Assembly (NCBI RefSeq): GCF_000015585.1
Contig: NC_008789.1
Location: 1,230,001-1,262,000, forward strand
Reading direction: 5' to 3'
Source of the DNA: Halorhodospira halophila SL1
Lineage (GTDB): Bacteria; Pseudomonadota; Gammaproteobacteria; Nitrococcales; Halorhodospiraceae
DNA: 32,000 nucleotides
Positions 16,569 to 25,100 of the stretch are shown piece after piece. Position numbers and translations under genes: made by a program. Below the pieces are notes generated by a model. It made no database searches and was not told the origin of the DNA. It saw only the letters and a program-made list of their open reading frames with translations. Numbering within the stretch: position 1 is the first letter of the stretch; every line of letters starts with the position of its first letter.

Positions 16569-19061
16569 CTATATACCCTTACGTGAAGGGTCCCTCGTGT
16601 GCGTTCTTATGAATTCTGTGGACGATAGGCCATGATCGTGTAACGCCTCGTGCACTCGCTTAGGATTTTCTAACATCCCAGGAGCGCCAAGAGACTCGGC
16701 AAATTTGGTTAACGCGTCGATCAAGTCTTTTAGCTGCTTCTCCGATATTATCCTCATCCCTTCCGGCGGCGACGCCTGCTTATCCAAGACATACTTTGGA
16801 TGAGCCATAACAGGTATGGCCTCAGGAACTTCCCCATACCTGTCAACGAACCAATTCATTGAACCCGACAACTGATCTACCTCACCCTTTGCAATCACAT
16901 CAGCTTCTGAACGGTTCTTGCACTCAAGAACAAGGAATCGACCACCATCGAGCGCCCATAAACCATCCGGGCCTTGCCCAAAATCAATTTCTGGTCTTTG
17001 CGTCGCAAATCCAAGAAGTCGCCCAATATCGGCAACAGCCCTCTCAAATCGCTGGTTTGGATGTTCCGGCGAATACCTAAGGTCTGCTTTAAGTTCATTC
17101 ACCCACAAGAGCAAATCGTTGTGTTCAAGAAAGCTTTCTTGCCTGTATTGAATAACTTTTGATACCTGAGCATCCGTTGCGATCGACAGCTTCTGATAGC
17201 CCACACCTCTAAGAGGGCGTGTCACTTGACGATTTTGCTTATGCGCAGACAATAGTATTTCCTGCGCCGTGGACGGGTCATAAAAATTCTTCAACTCGGC
17301 CAACCTGACTTTCAACCACGCCTTTAGTCGCGCTTCCTCCGCACAATTAACAGCTTTCTGTATAATTTCAGCCGCTTTTGGGAATTGCCCTACCAACGCT
17401 GTATTAAATGCTTGCCTTAATGCCACAGCCGATGGCTCCAAGCGCCCCTCGCTCGGTGGTTCAACGTCGACTAGCGCCCTTTTACTAGCCTCTATCCAGC
17501 CTGGATCACGATCCAAACATTTACTAATTACATTTTCGAGATCTGCGACACCGCCACCTTCCAATTGCTGGGCAAGCTCTGCAGATAAGTCTAACTGCGC
17601 CTTGGTCGCCGGCGTAAACTTTTTACGTCCTTTTGCGGAATGAAGTCTCCGGCTTAATCCAGCTCCAACAAGCAATACAACGCAGTGATCATCATTAGAC
17701 CGAACTCCTCGGCCCATACCCTGTTCGATCCTTTGTATTTGTCTCCGAAGAGTGACTTCAGTCTCATCAAGCGCGGCAGTGTCGGTGCGCTGGATCAAGG
17801 AGCGCGCTTCTGGCAAACCATCAATCACAAGAATCCTGCAGGCCCCGTCAGGCAGGTCAATGCCATCGTATTTATTGACAAGAACTGATAAACCAACGTG
17901 CTCATCCCTAAGACGTCTCACGCCAGCAGTCATGTTTTGGGCGATGAGGATCTGATCTGATATATCCTTCCATTGCGTTACTGCCCGGAGGGAAGGAACA
18001 ATCACGACAACATTATATTTCTTAGCGAACCCTTGAAGCATTCCCTTTATAGATGGGAGTTGTATGTCTGGATTGACTTCCTGTGGGACCAGGATCATCC
18101 GCTCGCCAAGATCATCCGCTGTTTTCGGTGTAATGACTTTATGGATCGCTTCTGGATCCGCATTGAACTCGGTAACTAAGACGCTATCGTCAGAGAGCGT
18201 CGCTGTCATGTAGATGCGCCTTTGTGCGTATGCAAAGGACGGTATGACATCTATTGGAATACAGGTCGGCGCGATTTCTATCTCACTGCCACCAATTACG
18301 TAACGGCAGAGCTGTAGAACGTCAGCAATAAGTGGAAAATTAAACTTGATGCTGTCGTCGCTTTTATGCTCGTGCAAGATTTTAACAAGTTCTTCGTTTT
18401 TCTGCTGCCACACCCAGAAGGGCACCTCTTGATATGAGAATGGATCACCTGATCGTATATCCAGTGCTGCCCGAGGGCTTTGATCATAAAGTGAATCGTA
18501 AAATAAGTCTAAGATTTTACTGTAGGCTAAATGGTTACTTGGAATTGTTATCTTGAATTGATCTCGCGTAGTTTCGAGGCAAGCATGAGCATCATCGATT
18601 AACAAAGTGCCAATTTCTATTTTTCTGCCTTCTTCGCCTACGCCAAATCGTGAGCGTCCATTCAATAGTTTATGCACATAGGTAACCAGAACTTTTCGAC
18701 CTGCCGTAAATCCTGGATCGTCTTCATTATTTGTCGCTTCAACTCCGAGCAAAGTAGCTTCATTAAGCACCTGATCCGCCAGGAACCGATCTGGAGCAAC
18801 ATAGACGACTGGTGATATTTTTTCTCGGAGAGAACTTTGGAGTATTAGCAGCCCGACAGTAGTCTTGCCACTGCCAGTGTTCATTTTTATTATAAGATCT
18901 TTCTCTTTACGGCGCTCGTACCAACGTTCTAGGACTTGACCTTGGACATCCCTCAAATATGAAAACTTTTTGTCTTTACTTGGAAGAGTTGTGAATATTT
19001 TCCTCGGTTCAGTAATTACTTCACCGCTACCTCGGGCCAAGTTAGAAAAATCTACAGTCAT
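16569..19061 (-). CDS. SF2 DinG/XPD-like helicase fused to a C-terminal PD-(D/E)xK nuclease domain (Hna-like architecture)
   Basis: The helicase motifs are:
- Walker A: KMNTGSGKTT
- motif II: LLIDDAHA
- motif III-like: MTATLS
- DinG/XPD-type HD2 block: NKYDGIDLPDGACRILVIDGLP
- motif VI: QGMGRGVRS

The C-terminus has FERAVADIGRLLGF...GPDGLW...FLVLECK (D...E.K). GGAG lies 8 nt before ATG 19061. The ORF track extends to 19148. Confidence 0.8.
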   Translation of the reverse strand: MTVDFSNLARGSGEVITEPRKIFTTLPSKDKKFSYLRDVQGQVLERWYERRKEKDLIIKMNTGSGKTTVGLLILQSSLREKISPVVYVAPDRFLADQVLNEATLLGVEATNNEDDPGFTAGRKVLVTYVHKLLNGRSRFGVGEEGRKIEIGTLLIDDAHACLETTRDQFKITIPSNHLAYSKILDLFYDSLYDQSPRAALDIRSGDPFSYQEVPFWVWQQKNEELVKILHEHKSDDSIKFNFPLIADVLQLCRYVIGGSEIEIAPTCIPIDVIPSFAYAQRRIYMTATLSDDSVLVTEFNADPEAIHKVITPKTADDLGERMILVPQEVNPDIQLPSIKGMLQGFAKKYNVVVIVPSLRAVTQWKDISDQILIAQNMTAGVRRLRDEHVGLSVLVNKYDGIDLPDGACRILVIDGLPEARSLIQRTDTAALDETEVTLRRQIQRIEQGMGRGVRSNDDHCVVLLVGAGLSRRLHSAKGRKKFTPATKAQLDLSAELAQQLEGGGVADLENVISKCLDRDPGWIEASKRALVDVEPPSEGRLEPSAVALRQAFNTALVGQFPKAAEIIQKAVNCAEEARLKAWLKVRLAELKNFYDPSTAQEILLSAHKQNRQVTRPLRGVGYQKLSIATDAQVSKVIQYRQESFLEHNDLLLWVNELKADLRYSPEHPNQRFERAVADIGRLLGFATQRPEIDFGQGPDGLWALDGGRFLVLECKNRSEADVIAKGEVDQLSGSMNWFVDRYGEVPEAIPVMAHPKYVLDKQASPPEGMRIISEKQLKDLIDALTKFAESLGAPGMLENPKRVHEALHDHGLSSTEFIRTHTRDPSRKGI

Positions 19062-19261
19062 TATTTGTGCTCCTGCATTTTCGATCGATAGCGTGCCATT
19101 TTTTGCTTGTAACATAATTAACGGGGCAATGAGAACCCATACTCTCAAATTAGTTGAAGAAGGTGATGGGGTTTATAAGAGCGGTATTACCGGTCCTCTC
19201 GCGGATTGTATAGGTGACACCTGATTGCCGCGGGGGTAGTAGGCCGACGGCCTGACCCGAT

Positions 19262-19812
19262 ATGTTGTGCCTCGCCGTCCCAACCAAGCGAGGAGCTGTC
19301 ATGGCCACCGAGTACGCCCTGTTCACCGCCGCGCTGGGGCTGAGTGCGCCCCGGGAGGTCAGCGACATCCGCTTCGATGTCGAGGCCAAGCGCATCGACT
19401 TCGATGTCACTTTCGCCAGCGGCAGCCGCTTCGCCTGCCCGGCCTGCGGCGCTGAGGGGCAGCCGGTCCACGGCACGCGCCAGCGCACCTGGCAGCACCT
19501 GCACTTCTTCGAGCACCAGGCCTACATCCACGCCGCGGTGCCGCGGGTGCGCTGCCAGGACTGCGGGAAGACCTCGCAGGTCGAGGTCCCCTGGGCGCGG
19601 CCGGAGAGCGGGTTCACGCAGCTGTTCGAGGCCCTGTGTCAACGCCTTCGACTCGCGCCTGTCCAATGGCTCCGTCGAGGGGATGAACGCCCAGATCCAG
19701 GCGGCCAAGGCGCGCGCCCGAGGCTTTCGCACCACGCGCAACCTGATCACCGTGTGCTATCTCATCGGCGGCAAGCTCACCCATCTGCCGGCGTCACCCT
19801 ACGGCACAACAT
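19262..19812 (+). mobile_element. Internally deleted ISL3-family element remnant (551 bp)
   Basis: It is bounded by a perfect 10-bp inverted repeat, ATGTTGTGCC (19262-19271) and GGCACAACAT (19803-19812). It contains only the N- and C-terminal coding ends of an ISL3 transposase. Confidence 0.65.
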
Positions 19813-19832
19813 GTAGGCCGGCGGCCGCCTGA
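19301..19832 (+). pseudogene. ISL3-family transposase pseudogene (zinc-finger N-terminus joined out of frame to the extreme C-terminus; DDE core missing)
   Basis: The first frame reads MATEYALFTAALGL...FACPACG...HG.R.R.W.HL......Y......PR..C..CG......PWA.P.S.FT.LFEAL, which is zf-ISL3-like. From about 19640 another frame reads NAFDSRLSNGSVEGMNAQIQAAKARARGFRTTRNL, which matches the ISL3 C-terminal signature. Confidence 0.75.
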
Positions 19833-19927
19833 CCTGATGACTGAGTCACCCACACGATTCGGGACGGCACCCATCAGCCGCGCGAGGCACGAGCGTCGGC
19901 TGCATGGCTTTGTTGGGCATTTTACCA

Positions 19928-20713
19928 CTACAGGTCCGGAATACTTTCATATGCATCCCGGAGTTCATCGCCTTCCGGCCGATTTTCCGCTACTCCTGTC
20001 TTAATCGATTCGATATGGGGCTGTAGTTTTTCCCGGAGCCAACGGTACTTAACAGCAACCGAGGGATCCCTTACTGCGAGACCCGACTCTACGATTTGTT
20101 GCAGGCAGTACAGGTACTTGGGGTAATCAAGTTCCGGATCGTCAAGCTCGGATTGAGCACCGGTTACATAGTTTATGTAGTACATTCCGTCGGAGTCCTT
20201 TTCGAGCAGACTCATGATGCTTTGCACCTCATGCTCGGGAAGATGGTGTCTTGCGTGCGCCCTGGCTCCCAAGTTTATGATGGACTCATCTAATATCACC
20301 CTGGGGTATAGGGCGGCCTTGGATTCGAGTACATAGGCATCAACCATTCCAGGACCGAACAAAACTTTTGGGGTATGAATGAGCTTCCCTTGTGCCACCG
20401 CTCCCCGGCAAAGGATACCCCTAAGCACGAGATTTACCTGCACCCACATAATATTGAGCAGAGCATAGAACACGCCGCTTTCTTCGGTTGCTCGAAAAGA
20501 TATGACCACGGAGTCTGAGAACTGAGTGACCTCCTCCCCTTCCCGGTCTTGCTGGCGATCGATATCGAGGATATCCCTTATGCCTTCAAAAGCCGCGATC
20601 AGGTGATCGGTACGATCCTTTTCCTCGGTACCATCAGGATCGATCGTTCCTGCCACATGGCCCCGAAATCCCAAAATGTCAAGAAAGCAGACAACTCTAT
20701 CTTCGTAGTTCAT
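19928..20713 (-). CDS. Divergent class III nucleotidyl-cyclase / GGDEF-like palm-domain protein with a C-terminal helical extension (function unknown)
   Basis: The motifs appear in cyclase-homology order: VVCFLDILGFRG (first metal Asp), QFSDSVVISF (second Asp), LRGILCRGAVAQGKLIH, then LFGPGMVDAYVLESKAALYPRVILDES. The local GC is visibly lower than in the flanks. I prefer the ATG at 20713 (MNYEDR). The ORF track extends to 20791. Confidence 0.6.
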   Translation of the reverse strand: MNYEDRVVCFLDILGFRGHVAGTIDPDGTEEKDRTDHLIAAFEGIRDILDIDRQQDREGEEVTQFSDSVVISFRATEESGVFYALLNIMWVQVNLVLRGILCRGAVAQGKLIHTPKVLFGPGMVDAYVLESKAALYPRVILDESIINLGARAHARHHLPEHEVQSIMSLLEKDSDGMYYINYVTGAQSELDDPELDYPKYLYCLQQIVESGLAVRDPSVAVKYRWLREKLQPHIESIKTGVAENRPEGDELRDAYESIPDL

Positions 20714-20842
20714 TCTGAATCTGCCAAACTTTAAATAGACGGCCAAACCGCCGCGTAACATCCCAACCCAGCCCACGGACCGCGGCAACATCGCCAGTAA
20801 ACCAAGGCCTTGCGCTCGACGTCCAAGACCTTTCGATGCGCG

Positions 20843-20894
20843 TTATGCGGCGGTTCCGCGGCGTAACGCATTATCCTGCGCTTCCGCCGCATAA
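20843..20894 (-). other. Long-stem inverted repeat in the intergenic region between the nuclease-like and cyclase-like genes
   Basis: TTATGCGGCGG (20843-20853) pairs perfectly with CCGCCGCATAA (20884-20894). The 30-nt loop contains the small palindrome GCGTAACGC. There is no U-tract. Confidence 0.3.
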
Positions 20895-20924
20895 AGCTTC
20901 CACCCAGAACCAGGCGCAACACCA

Positions 20925-22103
20925 TCAGCGTTTCTCCACACGCTTGAGCCGCGGACGAAACGCATTCACGAACCGATTAAGCTGCTCCGACAGCCAGGCG
21001 CGGCACGCCTCGTCGCTGGCGAAGTCGTCGAGCTGGGCGTAGATGGCAAATCCGGGGCGCTCTTCAGTGCCGTCCATGCCCTGGTGCGTCCCCTCAGGGA
21101 GTTCGCTTAGGATCTGCTCGCGCTCCTCGTTCAGGGCGTCGAGCACCTCGAGGCGCTCGGGCTTCCTACCGCCCAGAAATACGCCGCAGATGCCATGGCT
21201 CATGGCACGAAACGCCGTCACCCACATCCCGGTTGACGGCATGGCGACCCTCACGTGGTTGCGTGGGCGGTAGACCGGTGGCTCCTGCTCGGGGTCATTG
21301 AAGGCGATTCGGGTTAACGGCTCCCACCAAGCCACCTCGTCCTCGGTAGGGCGCGATTGCGACGGTTGGTCCGCGTCGCCCTCACCCTCTTGAAGGACGG
21401 CGCCATTGGGACCTTGCATGACCACAAAGGTTCGCTCGATCGTGTGGGTCTTGGCGATGACACGCGGCTGGACCGCGAGCCCCTGTTCGCCGAACTGATA
21501 CAGGGCGACCTCGACGAGGCCAAAGCTGAAGCCAAGGGCCGCATTGCGGCTGATCAGGTCGGTCATCCCGCTGACCCCTTCACGGATACCATCCCCTGCG
21601 ATCAGCAACAGGAATCGCCCCTCTCGCAGGGCGCGGGCCGTTGCATCGACGAAGACGGCCTCGTCCAGGTCCGTTTGCAGCTGCCGGGCGGCCTCAAACG
21701 GTCGATTCGCCTTGTCTCCGGAGGCGGAGGCCACCCGGCGCTGGAGGTCGGCATAGTCCCATTGGGCAATCGCCCGGGCGTAATCGAGGATCTGCGCGAT
21801 CACCTTTCGCCGCGCTTCCGGGTTGCGCCAGAGCTTGCACTCCACCAGGGTCAGCCGGCCGGAGGGATTGATAAAGGCGGCGTCTACCGGACCCGCCTCG
21901 GTCTCAAGCTCGGTGCAGAGGGGGGCTAACGGCGCAAAGGACGGGTCGATCTCCTCGATCGGCAGAACATCCGGGTTGTCGGCCAAAAGGTCACGTAACC
22001 ACGCCTCATCACGGCCGTCGGTAAACCCCAGAGGGGCCCTGCGAGCCTTGATAAAGCCGCTGCTCTCCTCGTGCCTGAGGAGCATATCGGCGTAGTTGGG
22101 CAT
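20925..22103 (-). CDS. NucS/RecB-like PD-(D/E)xK nuclease-domain protein with a DUF4268-like C-terminal region
   Basis: The N-terminal half has WLRDLLADNPDVL...GPVDAAFINPSGRLTLVECKLWRNPEARRKVIAQILDYA, which fits D...E.K plus the Q..Y helix seen in the NucS/DUF91 core. The C-terminal part (WWEPL...GICGVFLGG...LDALNEEREQI...WLSEQLNRFVNAFRPRL) resembles DUF4268 as I recall it. AAGGAGG lies 9 nt upstream of the ATG, which is 30 nt after the hsdR stop. Confidence 0.7.
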   Translation of the reverse strand: MPNYADMLLRHEESSGFIKARRAPLGFTDGRDEAWLRDLLADNPDVLPIEEIDPSFAPLAPLCTELETEAGPVDAAFINPSGRLTLVECKLWRNPEARRKVIAQILDYARAIAQWDYADLQRRVASASGDKANRPFEAARQLQTDLDEAVFVDATARALREGRFLLLIAGDGIREGVSGMTDLISRNAALGFSFGLVEVALYQFGEQGLAVQPRVIAKTHTIERTFVVMQGPNGAVLQEGEGDADQPSQSRPTEDEVAWWEPLTRIAFNDPEQEPPVYRPRNHVRVAMPSTGMWVTAFRAMSHGICGVFLGGRKPERLEVLDALNEEREQILSELPEGTHQGMDGTEERPGFAIYAQLDDFASDEACRAWLSEQLNRFVNAFRPRLKRVEKR

Positions 22104-22133
22104 CGGCCCCGTACCTCCTTTTCAGTGGCCGAA

Positions 22134-25100
22134 TCACACGCGCCGCGACGCGGGCTCCCCCCGCATCGACAGCAGCTGCAGGATCAGCAGCGCGAAGTCG
22201 CGCCCCTTCTCCTTGTCGTCGAGGATCTCCATGGACAGCTTCTCGTGGTCGTGCATGGCATCGAGCACGATGTCGGCGACCCGCTCGGGGAATTGACCGT
22301 GCATGAGCTGCTGCGGGTTGTTGCGCTGGACCTCGGCCATGACCGCCTCGTCGCGCTCGATCCGGTCCGCCACGCCCTGGGCGAAGTTGAGCTTGTCCTG
22401 CTCGTCCACCTCGGCGCCGAAGAGGTCGTTGAGCCGTTCGATGATCTCCGCCAGGGGTTTCTTCTCGGGGGCGTGCGGCTTGCCGGAGCCGACCTCGCTG
22501 ACCGGCTGGAGGTTGTAATCCCCCGCCTCGTCGCGGGCCTCAAGCTGCAGCCGCTGCTCCTGGTGCTTGGTCAGGCGGTAGTGGGTCAGCGCCAGTTCGG
22601 AGAGGTCGATCGCCTCCTCGTCAAGCCGGTCGACGCGCAGCAGCGGGTGGAGGTGTTTGGCATAGACGCAGAGCTGCTCAAGCTCCACGTCGTCGTAGTC
22701 GACGATCTGCGAGAGGAACTCGTAGCTGCGCACGAAGCTCTGCAGGTTCTTGCGGAAGAGATCCAGCTCATCCAGGGCCTCGTCGGCCTCCTTGATCTCG
22801 TGTTCGGCCCGCGAGACACCCGCTTCGTCCCCGTTGCGCTCGGCCTGGCGCTTGGCCTCCTGCCAGGCCTGGCGCTGCTCCTGTGCCGCCTTATAGCGCT
22901 GGGTAAAACGCTCCTTGGCCGGCTGACAGGCAGTGCTGAGCTGCGCGTTCTTGGCCTTGGGGTCGAAGAAGGCGCGGGCGAACTGCTCGACCTCCTCCCA
23001 GTGGTAGACCCCGGCAGCATCCAGGGTCCGCTGCAGGTCGAAGACCACGTTGGCGTCGGAGACGTCGGCGAGCTCGGCCTTGTTGTAGTAGGGCCGGAAG
23101 GCGGCGAGGATCTCCTCGGCGTCGTTGACGAAGTCGAGGACGAAGGTCTCCTTGCCGGGGAAGATCCGGTTGAGCCGCGAGAGGGTCTGCACGCAGTCCA
23201 CGCCCTGGAGCTTCTTGTCGACGTACATGGCGCAGAGCTTCGGCTGATCGAAGCCGGTCTGGTACTTGTTGGCGACGATCATCACGTTGTAATCGTCGGT
23301 ATCCAGCGCCTCGGCATGATCGCGGCCGTTCAGCCCGGGGTTGAGCTGGGCGCTGTGCTCGGTGACCTCCTCGGGGATGGTGTCATCCGCTGGCACGCTG
23401 CCGGAGAAGGCCACCAGGGCGTGCACGTCGTTGTAACCCTGCGCCTCCACGTGTTGGCGCAGGGCCAGGGCGTAGCGCACCGCCTCCTGCCGGCTGCCGG
23501 TGACCACCATGGCCTTCGCCTGGCCGTTGAGCAGGTGGCGTACCCGGGTGCGGAAGTGCTCGACGATGACCTCCACCTTCTGGCCGATGTTGTAGGGGTG
23601 GAGCTTCACCCACCGGGCGAGCTTGGCCGAGGCCTTGCGCGAGTTGACCTCATAGGCCTGGTCATCCGGGTGGGCCAGGCGCCAGGCGGTGCGGTAGGTG
23701 GTGTAGTTCTTGAGCACATCGAGGATGAATCCCTCCTCGATGGCCTGGCGCATGGAGTATACGTGGAACGGCTGCGGCAGGTTCTCGCTGCTCCGCCCTT
23801 GCTCCGGGTCTGGCGGCCGGCCGAAGAGCTCCAGGGTCTTGCCCTTGGGCGTGGCGGTAAAGGCGTAGTAGCTGATCCGCTCCGTGGGCTTGCGCGCTGC
23901 CACCGCCGCATCGAGCAGTTCCTCGGCGCTGACCTCGTCGGTCTCCGGGGCATCGGCACCGAGGATGGTCTTGAGCTTGCTCGCTGCCGCGCCGCTTTGT
24001 GAGGAGTGGGCCTCGTCGGCGATAACCGCATAGCGCCCCTCGGCCAGCTGCGGCCGGGCGTCGAGGGCATCGAAAAGCGCCGGGAAGGTCTGGATGGTGA
24101 CGATGATGATCCGCGTCTGCTCGGCCAGGGCCTCGGCGAGCTGCTCGGACTTGCTCTGGTTACCGACCTCCCGGGTGATCGGTCGGACGACCCCCTGGGC
24201 GTGCTCGAACTGGTAGATCGTGCGCTGGAGCTGGTCGTCGAGAACGGTGCGGTCGGTGACGACGATCACCGAGTTGAACAACCGGTTGCCGTCGTCGTCG
24301 TAGAGCGCGGCCAGCTGGTGGGCCACCCAAGCGATGGAGTTGGATTTGCCGGACCCGGCGCTGTGCTGGATTAGATAGCGCCGGCCCGCGCCCTCCTCGG
24401 CCGTGGCGGCCAGCAGGCGATTGACCGCCTCCCACTGGTGGTAGCGGGGAAAGATCAGACTCTCCCGGGTCTTGCGCTTGCCGTCGAATTCTTCCTCGGT
24501 CTTGCGCTCCAGGTGCAGGAAGCGGGCGATGATCTTCAGCCAGGCATCCGGCTGGAAGACCTCGCGCCAGAGATAGCTCGTGGCGTAGGTGTCGGCGTCG
24601 GGCGGCGGGGGGTTGCCGGCGCCGCCGTCGGGTGTGCCCTGGTTGAACGGGAGGAAGGTCGTCTCGGCGCCGGCGAGGCGGGTGGTCATGGCCACCTCGT
24701 TCTGACTGACGGCGAAGTGCACCAGCGCGCCGCGCTTGAAGCTCAGCAGCGGCTCCTCCTTGCGGGTGACCGGATCCTTCGGGGGGCGATCGTTGCGGTA
24801 CTGCCGCTTGGCCTGCTCAACGGACTGCTTGAAGGCGCTCTTAAGCTCCAGTGTCGCCGTGGGGATGCCGTTGACGAAGAGCACCAGATCGAGCCGCGGG
24901 TTGTACTCTCCGGTGCGGGCGTGGGGGGAGTAGGAGACCTCGGGGACCACGCGCAGCCGGTTGGCCCGGTAGCGAGCCTGCGCCTCGGGGTTCATGCCGT
25001 GGTCGGGCCGGAAGCTGCAGGTGGCGATGCGCACGCCGGGGACCTTGAAGCCGTGACGCAGCACATCGAGGGTGCCCTGCTTCTCCAGTTCCCGGACGGT

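Noticed and set aside
16569-19148. Interpreting the helicase as a type III restriction Res subunit or a type IV CRISPR CasDinG
   Set aside because: There is no adjacent mod methyltransferase, no cas genes and no genuine CRISPR array in the window. The C-terminal PD-(D/E)xK fusion fits a stand-alone helicase-nuclease better.
19928-22103. Calling the cyclase-like gene plus its neighbour a Pycsar, CBASS or type III CRISPR-like signalling system
   Set aside because: I can see no cNMP-binding, SAVED, CARF, TIR or transmembrane effector. The canonical cyclase Asn/Arg pair appears to be missing. The two genes also differ in GC content and are separated by a structured spacer. I kept this only as a hypothesis in the findings.
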